From Octopus vulgaris (taxonomy: Eukaryota): DNA of 64,000 nucleotides. Within the stretch, counting starts at the first letter, position 1, and each line of letters begins with the position of its first letter. The notes under the pieces are model-generated. The model was not told the DNA's origin, did no database searches, and saw only the letters and a list, made by a program, of their open reading frames with translations. Both the position numbers and the translations under genes were made by a program. Shown in pieces: positions 1 to 13,689 of the stretch. The DNA lies in NCBI GenBank assembly GCA_951406725.2, contig OX597815.1, positions 111,724,001-111,788,000 of the forward strand, read 5' to 3'.

Positions 1-649
1 TTATAAATATCATCAAACTCTCATCATTCTCATTAAAAGTGAATGTGAAGATATTAAATATATTTTTCAACTAGGAAAAACATTCATATAAAGGGAAATA
101 AAACACGAAGGACGCAACATGAAAAGCATAACACAAAGGATGGACACGGGAGGAAACACGAATAGTATTCATATCAATATAAACATGCTGGTGGCATATG
201 AGAATCTTACGCAACATTTACTAACAAAAGCATGACAAAAAACAGTACACATTTCGCAGAAGAACGCAGTATATGGATAAATTATAAGCAGATTTTACAG
301 CAACATTGAAAAAGAAAATACACAAATGAAACACAAGCTCCGCCATCAACTTTAACGGACAATTAAGAATACTGTAAAAGAATATTGAACAAAAATATTC
401 AGCATAATAAATATGCATAGTAGAATAAAATGTTAGGGAAAATGTCATCACAGGCATGTTCCACAATGCCCAACACATTCAGAATTGTCTGCAAAACAAC
501 CATAGAGTTGAGAATGTTGACAATTTCTATGAAACACCAGAATAATAGTCATGATTGTTTGACGACATTTTTCAAAGGTATGGGAGATGACATAGGGAAA
601 CAGAAAATCCATTCAAAAATCAAATATATTAAATGCCCAGATGTCTATT

Positions 650-1620
650 AGCCGGTAGCATTTTCGGAAAGAATATACAAAGCTCATACTCCTCATCTTT
701 CTGGTTAGTTATCTACACAGTAATAACAGATTGCCAAGGGATCAGAAGGGATGATGGAAGATTAGATGTGATTATAAAGGACAAGAGCTGATAAATGAGA
801 TCTTTTCAGAAGACGACAAAAGGAGAAGGAAGACATTGATAGCCTTTCAATATATACAATAGCTTACACAGTATTGCTTAGAGATATGCTGCTGTATAAA
901 TTCCATTCATACTACTTTTGAATAAATAGTAATATCACCTTTTCATTGCCACATCTTTGGAACACTCTTAAAAACTCTAGTCAGCAACTTCCCAACACAA
1001 TTCATTTCTATTCTTGCTCCTTCAGTTTGATACATTGTCATATATTTTAAGTTCTGTATTCCTTTCTGATGGTTTTCAAAGAACTAATGTAGTTAGTTCC
1101 CCCTCTATTGTAAATATCTTGTATTACAGAAGATTGATTCAGTTTCAAGTTAGGAAGTTGCTCGCTCACAAATTTTATGTTACATTATATTATATTGTTT
1201 TTTTCCCTCACTTTCTTAGTAATGTTTAATCTAGACATGTACGTGCTCTTGATTTCTTCGGTAAATAATTGTTTTTACTTGTAATCAGTTTTCATATTTC
1301 TAAAAGTATTTGAGCTACAATAATTGCTTGGAAAGCAGCTGCATTTGTTGCCAGGTGACATTGTATTTTTTCCTTGTTTAGATTTCCATCTTCCTTCCTT
1401 CACTTCCTCTCTTTGCCTTTCTATTTCGCTACTCCATTTATATCCCACTAACTCTTCAGTCTTAACTTGCTCAACAGATTATGCTATCTGGCTACTTATT
1501 TGTCATCTTCCTCATTTAAATCTGATGAAAGCTATGAAGCGGAAAATGTTGCCTTTTCAAACAATGCTCACAGAATTAGGGCAGGAATACTGAACCCAAT
1601 GATATATTTAACGTGACAAT
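650..1620 (-). mobile_element. Highly decayed non-LTR retrotransposon C-terminal remnant (RLE type, tentative)
   Basis: Minus-strand translation by eye gives broken CCHC-knuckle-like (..PRCGNEK..) and IPSD/PD-like segments with many stops. Weak support. Confidence 0.25.
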
Positions 1621-2301
1621 AACCTCATTGGATAGTAGTGATAATCTAATCGGCATGTGCGTATTACAGAGTCTTAAAAGAAATTCCCTTATTAAAATAT
1701 AGGATTGTGCTAGGAGGAGGCAGTTGGTATTCCACTGGACTGTCATGGCCACATATTTCGCAACGGTAGAAACAATATGGGAGTAAATATTACTGTAGAT
1801 ATTAATTTAACTAATATTTACTTTCCAGATGTCTTTCTCCTAACAAATAGCATTTCGTGAATTTAGATATTTACGAGAAGAGATTGTTAGCAGAAAATGG
1901 ATTAAGTTATGCAAGAATTTCATAGATTCCAGCCTCTTACTCTCAAAGTCAATATTCTTTTTAAATAATACTCCTAGATAAGCATTTCCCCAACAAACTA
2001 TAGCGACAGATAACGTGTCAATAAAACAATGATTACAATGATTATATGCCTTATGCGACCTGTACTTAAATAGGAGGCAAGCTAGTAGCTTGGACACTAT
2101 ACGGACGAAAGAGAAGCAAAGTCCCGCAGCGCCTACGGACATACATCTAGAAATGATCTTACAACCATCTTCCTTTAAACTGATGAACACTGACATATTT
2201 TATTTCGAACACACTAATATAACGAAGGCGCCAATGATTATTTAAATGTTTATTTCTGAATGAATGTTGTATTTGCTGCGATCCAGTTTTATTGACACAA
2301 A

Positions 2302-2367
2302 ACGATAAAATTCGAAATTGTAGGAAATTCAATTACGATAAAATTCGAAATTGTAGGAAATTCAATT
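2302..2367. repeat. Perfect 33-bp tandem duplication
   Basis: acgataaaattcgaaattgtaggaaattcaatt occurs twice back to back. Confidence 0.9.
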
Positions 2368-2635
2368 AGGAGTATAAATGGCAATGAATAATTAACGGAT
2401 ATTACACCGTTAACAAAAGAAAAGGAAGTGAAGGAATTGATATTTACGAAGAAAAAAATGAGGAAACAAAAACAGGAAGAGCAATAAGACCTCAGGATAT
2501 AGAAGACAAAGGTGAAAAGTACAAATATTTAATGAATATTATTTCTCTGTTATCTGGCTGTGAGTCTGTTGTACCAGAATAATTTCAACTTGAGTGAAAT
2601 CTACTCTAAGGAGCCTCATGATTGAAAGACTCTTA

Positions 2636-3619
2636 GGATCTTTTCCCTTTGAACGGCAAATTGGGAAATTAATTTTTTGTAACTAAATACTTTCAGACTT
2701 CGGACACTGGTAGAATGTGTCGTATAAAACATATTTAACTCTTAGTATTGTTGAGAAAAGTTTATATTTCCTAATTTATTTCGTGTTAAAGTAGTCGTAT
2801 TTCGATAATTTCAACTAATCAATAACGTGTATTCAGATTAATAAAATCACTGCCGTTGTTTGAACTATCAGCGGTGTATATTTCGTTTGTCACTGTTATT
2901 TATGACATATTCGTGCGCTTGTACTGGTTTTAGTTTTAGGGTTTAAGGGGTAAGGTTATGGTTTTAGAGTTAGGGTTAGGGTAAGGGCTTTAGGATTAGG
3001 GTTAGGGATTTAGGGTTAGGGTTAAGGTTATGGCTTTAAGGTTATGGTTATGGCTTTAGGGTTAGGGTTTTAGAGTTATGCTTAGGTTTGGGGTTTTTAG
3101 GTTAGGGTTGGGGTTTTAAAGTTAGGGTTAGGATTTTAGGGTTAGAGTTGCGGAAAAAAAGTGAAAAATGAAGAAATTGGAGGGGTAGGGGTAGTGGGGG
3201 TGCAAAAACGTATTTCCAAAAATAGTAGCTGAAAAACAGGCAAAAGACTAAAAGCAGTAGAAATGCATGAACAATTGTGGTAGTGACATGAAGTAAACAT
3301 GCTTCAGATACAGCCGTTTATTCATAACAACGTAACTGAGATTAAATATGTCATAACTAACAGTAACAAACGCCATATACCCCGCCGGACGTTGTTGACA
3401 AACAACACCAGTAATTCTATTTAGCTGAATACACGTCATTGTTTGAAATTACCGAAACACGACAACTTTAACACAAAATTCCTATTAAAATACAAACTTC
3501 TCTCAACAACACTAAGATTAAAAGATGTTTTATATGACACATTCTATCAGTGTCCGAAGTTTGAAAGTACTTAGTTACAAAATATTAATTTCTCGATCTG
3601 CCGTTCAAAGGGCAAACTC
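2636..3619. mobile_element. Non-autonomous DNA transposon (MITE) with ~275-bp imperfect TIRs and an internal telomere-like array
   Basis: The left arm 2636-2910 (ggatcttttccctttgaacggc...cggacactggtagaatgtgtc...tatgacatat) is the diverged reverse complement of 3345-3619. TTA flanks both ends (2633-2635, 3620-3622), a possible TSD. Confidence 0.8.
2927..3148 (+). repeat. Degenerate interstitial (TTAGGG)n array
   Basis: Run of ttaggg/ttaagg/ttatgg/tttagg units. Confidence 0.9.
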
Positions 3620-4283
3620 TTATAATCATTAATACAAACAACGTACTTCCCTGTAGTAGTTCCAAACAGCTTTTGAATTATAGCTCATCTAACCAAGATT
3701 TGAGATTTGTAGCTATCATTGTGAACGCACCAACATTTAAAATTTTACGTACTTCCTTTATATTCTATAAATTTTTCAGGTCTCCTCTAGTTGGACACGT
3801 TCTCTTCCTCTTTAATTTTTATATTCTTGTCCCTCAGGATTACGATATCAACAATCTCACTTGTAAAGGACAAAATTATCTAGCTCTCTGTATTTATAAA
3901 CATAGTCAGTTGATATGTTACAGCCCCAGAAGATTTCATCATTAGTATTCTCCATATTTGTGGTTTGTAGTTATATTTGACCACATTAATGCACTTTTTT
4001 CGGACACAGTTCTTGATAGATGCGCTGTTTATGCAATTTGTGAACAGTCTGATGTTACAGAGAATATTACAAGAAACGATCTCGTACCACAAGCTCTACA
4101 TTTTTCTGTCACATTGTCTTTCTATATAATTTTTCTCAAGTTGTTTGTTTTTATCCCTTGATCTTGTGCTGGTAGACTTAGGCACTCTGTTTTTTTTTAA
4201 CTGCCCCCTTTTTTTTTTAACTAAGCCATGGATTTTGTTCCACAAACGTCTTCAGTAGCTATTCAAAACTGGCTATGCAGGGG

Positions 4284-4448
<165 letters not shown>

Positions 4449-6452
4449 CGCAGGTTTTGTTGGAACTCCTTGCATATATAGCAAAGACCCGTAGCCTACA
4501 GTACCACGCTAATCGCTCTTTTCAGCAATCTAATACTTTCCTGATTATTCTGACCGTGCCAAGGAGATAAATCTTTTGTATCAGTTCTACTGGACACTTT
4601 ATTCCAATTTTCTTTATATTCCCTTTGATGCCTTCTAATACTGTTCGCAAGGACCCAACAGTAATTGGCACGCTCTTCACGTTGTTCATTATCCATAGCC
4701 GGGCTATTTCGTACTTAAGAGGGCTGTATCTTTTCGCCTTCTTTCTTGACTATTCATGGGTCAAAGGTGCATACAACATCAACTATAAAACATGTGGTGC
4801 ACCTTGTCCCCCACTACTAGGTCTAGTATGTTATGTTCTAATAGAGACTCCGACTCCTCCACTCCTTACGGCTTATGCTCAAACCACGTATTGGCTCTCT
4901 TTAGCCCCCACTTTTTGCATACTTTCCAATGGAGCACTTTCGCTACCTAGTCGTGTCAACACACTTTGTCATGGTTTCGGGCAAGTCTAGGGCATTCCTT
5001 CGTGACTTGACAATGCTATCATCCACTCTATTGCAGATGCAGCACAGCGGGGACACTTGCTCATTCCTCAGGGTGACCCTCCAATTCCTGGCCAAAACTT
5101 GGTCTAACGCTCCAGTATAGTGCTCTCAGTCCCATTTTTATTGTTCCTTTCATCAGCCAATCCCACCTATTTTTTCCAGAAACTTCTGTTTTGGCTATAT
5201 AGAATTGATTATGTAGTCTCTTCTTGCGCAATACTTAATGTCCTTTTTTTGTACTTCTTCCTTTGTATTCCCTATTTTCTCTGTTTTCAATATTCCCTCG
5301 TTCCTAACTGTCATTAGCAAAGTTTCTTTACTTTGGGCTAGGTATCTCATCAAGCTCTCGAGTTCGATGCGCTCGCAGTCTTCCAAATTTATGAGTCCTC
5401 TTTCTCCGTTTGCTCTCTTCATGTATAGGCGACCAGTAAATGACAGGCTCCATGCATCGTTAGGAACTTTACTTCCTATCCATCTCCTTTAACTCCACCC
5501 CTGTCCACGTCAGGATTCCAGCACCATGCCGCACTACTGCAACTGCACGCGAGTTTATTGTCGAACTTATGTTTCTGGCATTCAGCTATGAAGCCAGTAC
5601 TTTTCTCAATCGCCGCAGGCGGCACTATTTCTTTTTCTTTTCCTCGCCAGGTATTTATAGCTGAATTGTGGTTGAATTGCTTTCATCATTTCACCACTTG
5701 GTAAACATATGCCTTCTGTCCTGTCAAGCTTTCCTCGTGTCATCACTACGGAAGTCCAAACACCATCTTAATATCATTGGAGACAATCAACACAGACAGG
5801 ACTAGGCTGTCCACTTCTGCTTCAGTTTTGTGAATAGATTCATGTCGTCCATGAATATTAAGTGATTATTTTGCCCTTACCTCTTACCTGATCATACCCC
5901 AACTTTGTTTTCTGCAGTATTTCACTCAAGCGAGTCATTCCCAGTACGAATATCAGTGGGAAAACACTGTCCCACCGGAAGATACTTACTTGCTTCCTTG
6001 CTGTCAATTCCGTTCTCCAGCATTTCATGCTATTCCGTACAAGGCTTCTCATATTCTCTGCTACTCCATACATTTACATTGTTCTTATTATCCAGGAGTG
6101 TGGTATCATATCGTACGCATTGCGATAGTCAACCTATGCCATGCTCAGATTTATATATCTTCTCTTGCAGTTCCTTATAATTAGATTATGAATTAAGAGC
6201 TGATCTTCCGTTCATCGACGCATCTTTCGGCAACTCTTCAGTTCGTTGGGTAGCAGGCCACATTTTCCAAGTATCTGTACAGCACAACAGTCACAGCACC
6301 TGACATTAGTTTCCACATTACCGGAATTCATGTTATTGGTCTAAAGTTGGATGCTACATTTCCTTTTTCAGGATCCTTGGAATACAACAATGTCTTTCCC
6401 TTTGTCATCCAGCAGGGTACTGCACCTTCCTGCAAGTACTCATCTCGTTGTT
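4449..6452 (-). mobile_element. R4/Dong-clade RLE non-LTR retrotransposon, 5'-truncated and decayed
   Basis: RT remnants IFRWDSVFPLIF (GIFQGDSLSPLLF-like) and FMDD; KRANGERGLINLEDC; a C-terminal LLKRAISV followed by a 3' UTR ending in (TAA)n. Confidence 0.8.
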
Positions 6453-7960
6453 TTCGAAGAACTTTCAAAGACTTTGATAATAATTTTTAAAAACTTTTCA
6501 AAAATTTTGACGAAAATTTTCAGAAAACTTTTCAAAAATTTTGGTGAAAATTTTCAAAAAACTTTTCGAACATTTCGATGAAAATTTTAAAAGAACTTTT
6601 CAAAAATTTTGATGAAAATATTCAAAAAAGTTTTCAAAAATTTTGAGGAAAATTTTCAAAAAAGTTTTTTAAAATTTTGATGAAAATTTTCAAAAAGGTT
6701 TTTAAAAATTTTGATGAAAAATTTCAAAAAACTTTTCTGAAAGTTTGAAGAGAATTTTCAGAAAAGTTTTCAAAAATTTTGATGAAAATTTTCAGAAAAT
6801 ATTTCATAACTTTTGATGATCATTTTCAAAAACTTTTCAAAGATTTTGATGAGAATTTTCAAAAAACTTTTCAAAAGTTTTGATGAAAATTTTAAAAAAC
6901 ATTTCAAAATTATTAATGAAAATTGTCAAAGAATTTAAAAAGATTTTCAGGAAAATTTACAAAAAACTTTTCAAAAATTTTGATGAAAATTAAAAAATTT
7001 TCAAAAAACTTTTCAAAATTCTTGAAAATTTTCAAAAAAACTTTTTAAAGATTTTGATGAAAATTTTCAAAAACTTTTCAAAAATATTGTGGAAAATTTT
7101 GTTGAAACTTTTCAAAAATTTTGATGCAAATTTACAAAAATTTTTCAAAACTGATGATGAAAATTTTTGAAAAAACTCTTCGAAAATATTGATGAAAATT
7201 TTGTTGAAAACTTTTCAAAAATTTTGATGGAAATTTTCAGAATATGCTTAAAAAATTTTTATGAAAATTTTCAAAATAGTTTTCAAAAATTACGATGGAA
7301 ATTTTTAAAAAAGGTGACAAAAATTTTGATGGAAATTTTAAAAAAGTTTCTAAAAATTTTGATGAAGATTTTCAAAAAATTTTCAGAAACTTTGAAGAAA
7401 ATTTTCAAAATAATTTTCAAAAAATCTGATGAAAATTTTCAAAAAAGTTTTCAAAAATTTTGATGAAAATTTTCAAAGAATTTTACAAAAATTTTGTATG
7501 GAAATTTTCAGAAAAGTTTCCAAAAATTTTGATGAGAATTTTCAAAAAACTTTACAAAAATTATGATGGAAATATTCAGAAAATTTCCAAAAATTTTGAT
7601 GAAAATTTTCAAAAAAGCTTTCAGAAATGTTGAAAATTTTCCAAAATGATGATGAAAATTTTCAAAAAGCTTTTCGAAAATATTGAGGAAAATATTGTTG
7701 AAAACTTTTCAAAAATTTTGATGAAAATTCTCAAAAAACTTTTCAAAAATTTTGATGAAGATTTTCAAAAAACTTTTCAAAAATGTTCATGAAGATTTTC
7801 AAAAACTTTTCAAAAATGTTCATGAAGATTTTCAAAAACTTTTCAAAAATGTTGATGAAAATTTTCAAGAGCTTTTCTAAAGTTTTGATGAAAATTTTGA
7901 TGAAAAATTTCAAAAATACTGATGAAAAATTTCATAAAATTTTCAAAAATTTTGATGAAG
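6453..7960. repeat. ~33-34-bp AT-rich minisatellite, roughly 45 units, consensus AAAACTTTTCAAAAATTTTGATGAAAATTTTCA
   Basis: Direct reading. The unit is three ~11-bp AnTn sub-repeats and contains the palindrome TGAAAATTTTCA. Confidence 0.95.
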
Positions 7961-8028
<68 letters not shown>

Positions 8029-8059
8029 TATTATTATTACTATTATTATTATTATTGTT

Positions 8060-8792
<733 letters not shown>

Positions 8793-8804
8793 CATCATTA
8801 TAGT

Positions 8805-9720
8805 GTGAGGTGGGATTGATAATAATATCACCCCATTTTTCTTGGCCAAGTCACACGTGAGTTTCGTGGTTGTCCAAAATTAACAACACTTTCTTCTCTT
8901 TGCTGCACAATGTGTCGGCTATAAAGTGTTTTAAATAAGTCATAAACAGAATTTCATTAATCCATCCACTGGAATTGACTCCTCCGATACATCCTGCAGG
9001 ACCATATTTGATAAAATAATTCCTATAGTTTTTTTCGTTGGAAGATCAGCAGTGGTGGAAAATTACTTTCTGTTGCATTAACTGCATACACATGTGCTAC
9101 AAGTTGTCCTCTCTCGCCGGAGGCTATAGATCCTACTTTTTTCACTCCCTGTGCAGTAACGATATTTTCAGGTTGCTGCACATTTGTGCACCCGGTTTCA
9201 TCTGCGTTATAAATGTCGTGGCATTCAAACTTGTCCAGATCCATAATATTCTTTAAGCTGTCGTAAAAGTTGCCAACGTTAGAACGATTGAACCCATTTG
9301 CTCTAGCAAGTGATATAGCCTCTGGTGTTCGAATTTGTATATAGTATATTTCTTTAAAGAGATCTAAAAATGCTCGCCAGTTATTCCGCTTTGTTGCCAA
9401 GAACCAAGTACAGTAACATTGTTTCTTAATGCATATTACTCTATCAGCTCACAGCATTTATTTCGTGTGAGTCCGTGGAACTGCTCGGCTAATGTCTTTA
9501 TGGGAGTTGATAAGTCAGCTTCCATCTCTGGTAAAAATGTCTTTTTTATCCTGCAATTATTGTACCCAAACTCTTCGTTTTGCTCGTCATTTTGTTGATT
9601 GTTATTGTTTATATATCGTTTTAGTGTTATACTTGCAATATTGAAATCTTTAGCAGCAGCACGCACGAATACCGCATCCTGACACGATATCTGGCCCTTT
9701 TCCACATTTCCCCGTGAGGT
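8805..9720 (-). mobile_element. Pogo/Tigger-family (CENP-B-like HTH + DDE_1) transposase fragment, decayed
   Basis: ORF 9436-9705 has VRAAAKDFNIASITLKRY (Psq-type HTH). ORF 9023-9400 has RTPEAISLARANGFN...IYNADETG...SGERGQLV...PPLLIF. Confidence 0.85.
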
Positions 9721-9789
9721 ATCTAATCTTCTGGAGACTACTACCTCTCCTGAATAGATCAGTAAATTAGTGTCTCTTATATTTTAGTT

Positions 9790-10440
9790 TGCATCAACAG
9801 ATAACAATTTGCTTTCCTAGTCATTTCTGGCAGCTTCCATCTAATGGTGCCTTTTAATGCTGGCAATCTTTTCTTACTTCTTTACTCATTACTTCCTGCA
9901 ACTCATCTAAAATCTTCTTAGCTGCCTCACTTAAATCACTTAAGTCTCTGATGTCAGCTGTCTCTTCATTATTGGTAGCGCTAATATTATCTTCTCCTTT
10001 AGGTTACTCTTTTGTTTAAAAGAGCTGTATCTCTTATGTTCTATTTTAATTTTCGTGCTGCCTGGTCTTTCTATTCCAGTTCTGATTTGATCTTTTCTAC
10101 TTCCAGTTCTGTCGTCTACTTTCTTCTCTTATTAGCATTAGCTTGATCAGTCACTTTAAACACACCCTTCTCTAACCAAAGTGTTAACGTCCGTTTTCTA
10201 TAGCCCATTCTGTTAGGTTCACTTTCTAAGTAGCACTGCTTTCCTGTTTTCTTCGCTGGTTCCCGTCCTCATCCTTGCTCTCTTATCTGCCGATGCTGTA
10301 TTAAGTTAACAGATGTGGTCCGTCTTTATTTTTACAGCACCAAGGCCGAGCAAGAGGCCCTCCCTTTGAGGTACAGCTTCATTTTCGCTGTTACAATCTG
10401 AGTTTCTTCGGAGACTCCTGTTTCTCATAAAACCCTATCC
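9790..10440 (-). mobile_element. R4/Dong N-terminal ORF fragment
   Basis: Minus strand reads ..SEPNRMGYRKRTLTLWLEKGVFKVT..DQAN.., paralogous to the N-terminus at 15850-16020. Confidence 0.6.
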
Positions 10441-10589
10441 TTTCTCAACATCTGCAAGTTTCAAGCAAATTTCTATTGCATCATGTGTTATACTTGTGTG
10501 CTGGTGGGTTGCGATGCATTTTTATTGTTATTAATATTATTATTACTGTTGTTGTTGCTGTTCTTGTTTTTGTTTTGCTTTTCAGAACG

Positions 10590-11105
10590 TTCGGTCTTGT
10601 TTGTAACGGTAGATTCTGTGAGAGGAGACAGCAGCCTGCTCTCAGGGGTCTCACAGGTTCACTTTCTACACATCAAAAACGTTGATACCTGGTTGTTAAT
10701 TATCGTGGGAGACATTCAACACCCAACTACCAGTCTCAAAATCATAGAACTCCACAGCAGAACAGTCTTTTGGGCCTGCTCTGCCCTCATATCAATTCCG
10801 ATTACTGTGATATATTTTTTGAACTTGGTTGTTAGTTCTCCGAATACTCCCAAAACTACTGGAATGACAGACAGTTTCCTCATAGTCCACATTCTTGCAA
10901 CTTCGTCTTTTGGTAGTCTGTACTTTTTAATCTTTTCTCGTTCTTTATCACTTATGCGTGAATCTCCAGGTATTGCAGGAGCTATGATCCTGATTTCCTT
11001 TTTTCCTTCATCTACCACAACAATATCAGGTCTCCGAACCTCGATTAGGGATTCACATTGGATTATAAAATCCCACAGTATATTTTGTTCCTTGTTCTCC
11101 TTGTG
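10590..11105 (-). mobile_element. R4/Dong 3' fragment encoding a restriction-like endonuclease (RLE)
   Basis: ORF 10716-11162 has ILWDFIIQCESLIEVRRPDIVVVD...KEREKIKKY...VIPVVLGVFG...QKTVLL. Flanked by TTA-type repeats. Confidence 0.9.
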
Positions 11106-12539
11106 ACTCCTTGTGGTTATTATTATCATTGTTATTAATATTATCATCATCATCATTATCATTGTTATTATTTTATCATCATTATCATCATTAATGTTAT
11201 TGTTGTTTTTCTGTTTTGAACGAGCAATTTCATATCTCTTCCTTAAGCATTCCTGAAAAACACACTTGCAAAAATTATTATTACTTACACATCTGTACAG
11301 ACACTCACCACAAAATCAATGCTGAGACCAATTCATTGCAACGCTTCTACATTTTATTGGTCTATATATTTCTGGCAACTGTGAGTGAACTTATCCCGCC
11401 TGCCGCTTCACATCGTCTTTTTTTCCGACAATATGGCACGTATTGTTATCTATCATGTCCTGTGATTACAACTTTTCAGATATAGGCCTGGTGTTCCTAT
11501 AAATACTAATGTAAGGCTTATTGAAATCATTGCCTCTTGTTTGCGAACAAAAGATTTCTGTTTCTGTCTTTTAGTCTTGAAATAAAAGTTAACCTATTTG
11601 TTCTAGGCTTTCCTTTTCTGTGCTAGCTAACAGGTCAACTGAGGTCAAATGAGCTTTAATTCAAAAGGATAAGGTAACTGAAACTATTTCCAAACCGAAT
11701 CCATTGTAATCCTCAGCAGTTTGAAGACGCGGAAGTTCAAACTGACAAAAAGCTTATGTATTGTGATTCATACACGGTACAAACATACAATAATACATTT
11801 TCATTTACCGTCACATTGCACCGAAAACATCGATTTTAAGCATCGTTATTGAACCTAAATACTGCTTAGATATCTGTCAACAATAAATATCTTGGTGTTA
11901 AATGCAATCTAGATATAGATGAGGAATTTGCGGAATCCATAGAGTGTAGAACAAATTGTTTATGTCTCAATATCTAGATATCAACCATACATCGAAATTT
12001 GTTCCGTTTTAGCACTCCCTTCTGATTTTGATAACATCCAGTACACTGAAAAACAAACCACTCCGTATAAACATTTTTCACGGAAATGTTGTTTTCTAGC
12101 TATGGAACTTTACATTTTTATCTTCCATCAGCTAAAATTTTTCCCTTTCTTTCTGCTATATGGAGCATTTAATTTCTGTCAAAAACGTACTTCCCCACCC
12201 CACCTACTTCTGTTTGCACAGTTTTCTTCACATATCAATCTTCATCTTGCATGCTTTCTATTGAAATACAATCTCTCAACAACTGCCCTTGAGTGTACAT
12301 CGCGGTAGATTGTCAGAATTTTGCTTGTTTTCTCTGTTTTCAAGATGTTCTTTTGATCATTCGATAGTTTTCGCGTTTTACCTCTTCATGGATAAAGCTT
12401 TTAAGATTATGTTAGTGATGGTATTTACCCCATTGCGTTTGAATATTATACTTCCCCTTCAGACATTTTCTTTCTTGATTTTATCTTTATTTTTTTTTCT
12501 AAAATGTTTACCTTATGCTTCCAGGTATATTAAGATTCC

Positions 12540-13205
12540 ATGATATTTGTTTGCATCAATAATCTGTATCAGCCTCTCATATCTCCTCGTTTAGTGAATT
12601 TATTCCATCTATTTTATGGCATTTCTCATTCTTTATAATATCTGATCCATTCTTGGAAATACAAAACTCTGACGTCATTCCTAAGTACTCTCATAATATT
12701 GACAAGGATCTCCAATTACCTCACAGCCTTGCTGCATTGCTTTAAGTCGGATGAATAACAAATAGTTTTCTCTCTTAGTATTTTTCTAAGTGCTATGTCA
12801 AAACACTAGCAGTGATAGGCTATCAAGCTGCAAGGTACTCCCTCACATTTTTCTTGATATCTCCGGGTGGGTGTCCTGAGTAGGTATCCTACAACTGTTA
12901 ATTTCTTTTCCCAATATTCCATGATTATACGTACCAGTGATTTTATTTGCTGTACTTTTACATTTTGAGTGTCTTCATAACCCATGAGTAAAACATCATT
13001 TTCCTTTTTTATTTCTGTTAATACATATTTTTATTATTATATTCCTTTCTACCTCAGGTTTTGTTGTCACTCCTGGAGTCTTGCATGAATTTCTGGCTTG
13101 CTGCTTGCAGCCTACGGTAACATGTATTCCGTTGTTTTCAACTATTTAATACTTTCCTGATTACTCTGGTGGAGCCAAGGAGGCAAACATTAATAACAGT
13201 TCTAC
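12540..13205 (-). mobile_element. Decayed R4/Dong fragments
   Basis: 13020-13205 resembles the 3' ends at 4449-4600 and 18620-18800. An RT GDSLSLLVF-like remnant lies near 12800. Confidence 0.5.
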
Positions 13206-13397
13206 TAGGCACAATTGTTAGCACGCCAGCAAAGTGCTTAGCGGCATTTCGTCCCTATGCTAGTTATTTCGTTCAAATTTTCTCGTGCCCGATTTTGTTT
13301 TTCATTTGTTCGTGGGTGGAGAGTTAAGTGTAGGTAGATATGATTCACTATTCCGACCACACAAACACCAGGCCATGTGCCTATAATAGAAAGGATT
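13205..13397 (+). mobile_element. Decayed tRNA-derived SINE
   Basis: gttagcacgccagcaaagtgcttagcggcatttcgtc...gttcaaat, the same family as 27817 and 58847. Confidence 0.7.
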
Positions 13398-13427
13398 TTT
13401 GTTATTAACATCATTATTATTATTATT

Positions 13428-13620
13428 GAATAAGAGAGCAGCGCATGCCATCAAAGTGACACTGGGGTAACATATACAAAGCCCAATGTTATCAACGCAA
13501 CTACCCGTCTAATAAGGGTACACCAGGCACATACATCACAACCATATGTGCGCGACATGGTGATCATATCAAGATACACAGCGCATGATTTTTCGGTCAA
13601 ATTGTCCTTGATAAGGGTTT
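13428..13620. mobile_element. TAA-embedded element, internally deleted copy 2
   Basis: Matches the first ~160 bp of the 8060 copy. Flanked by (TTA)n. Confidence 0.85.
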
Positions 13621-13625
13621 TATTA

Positions 13626-13689
<64 letters not shown>

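Noticed and set aside
1518-1556. CTGATGA...GAAA hammerhead-like string
   Set aside because: No stem I, and a G sits at the cleavage position. Probably chance.
2927-3148. True telomere or chromosome-fusion scar
   Set aside because: The array is short, degenerate, single-orientation and enclosed by transposon TIRs.
6453-7960. CRISPR-like array
   Set aside because: Units are contiguous with no unique spacers, the context is eukaryotic, and no cas genes are present.
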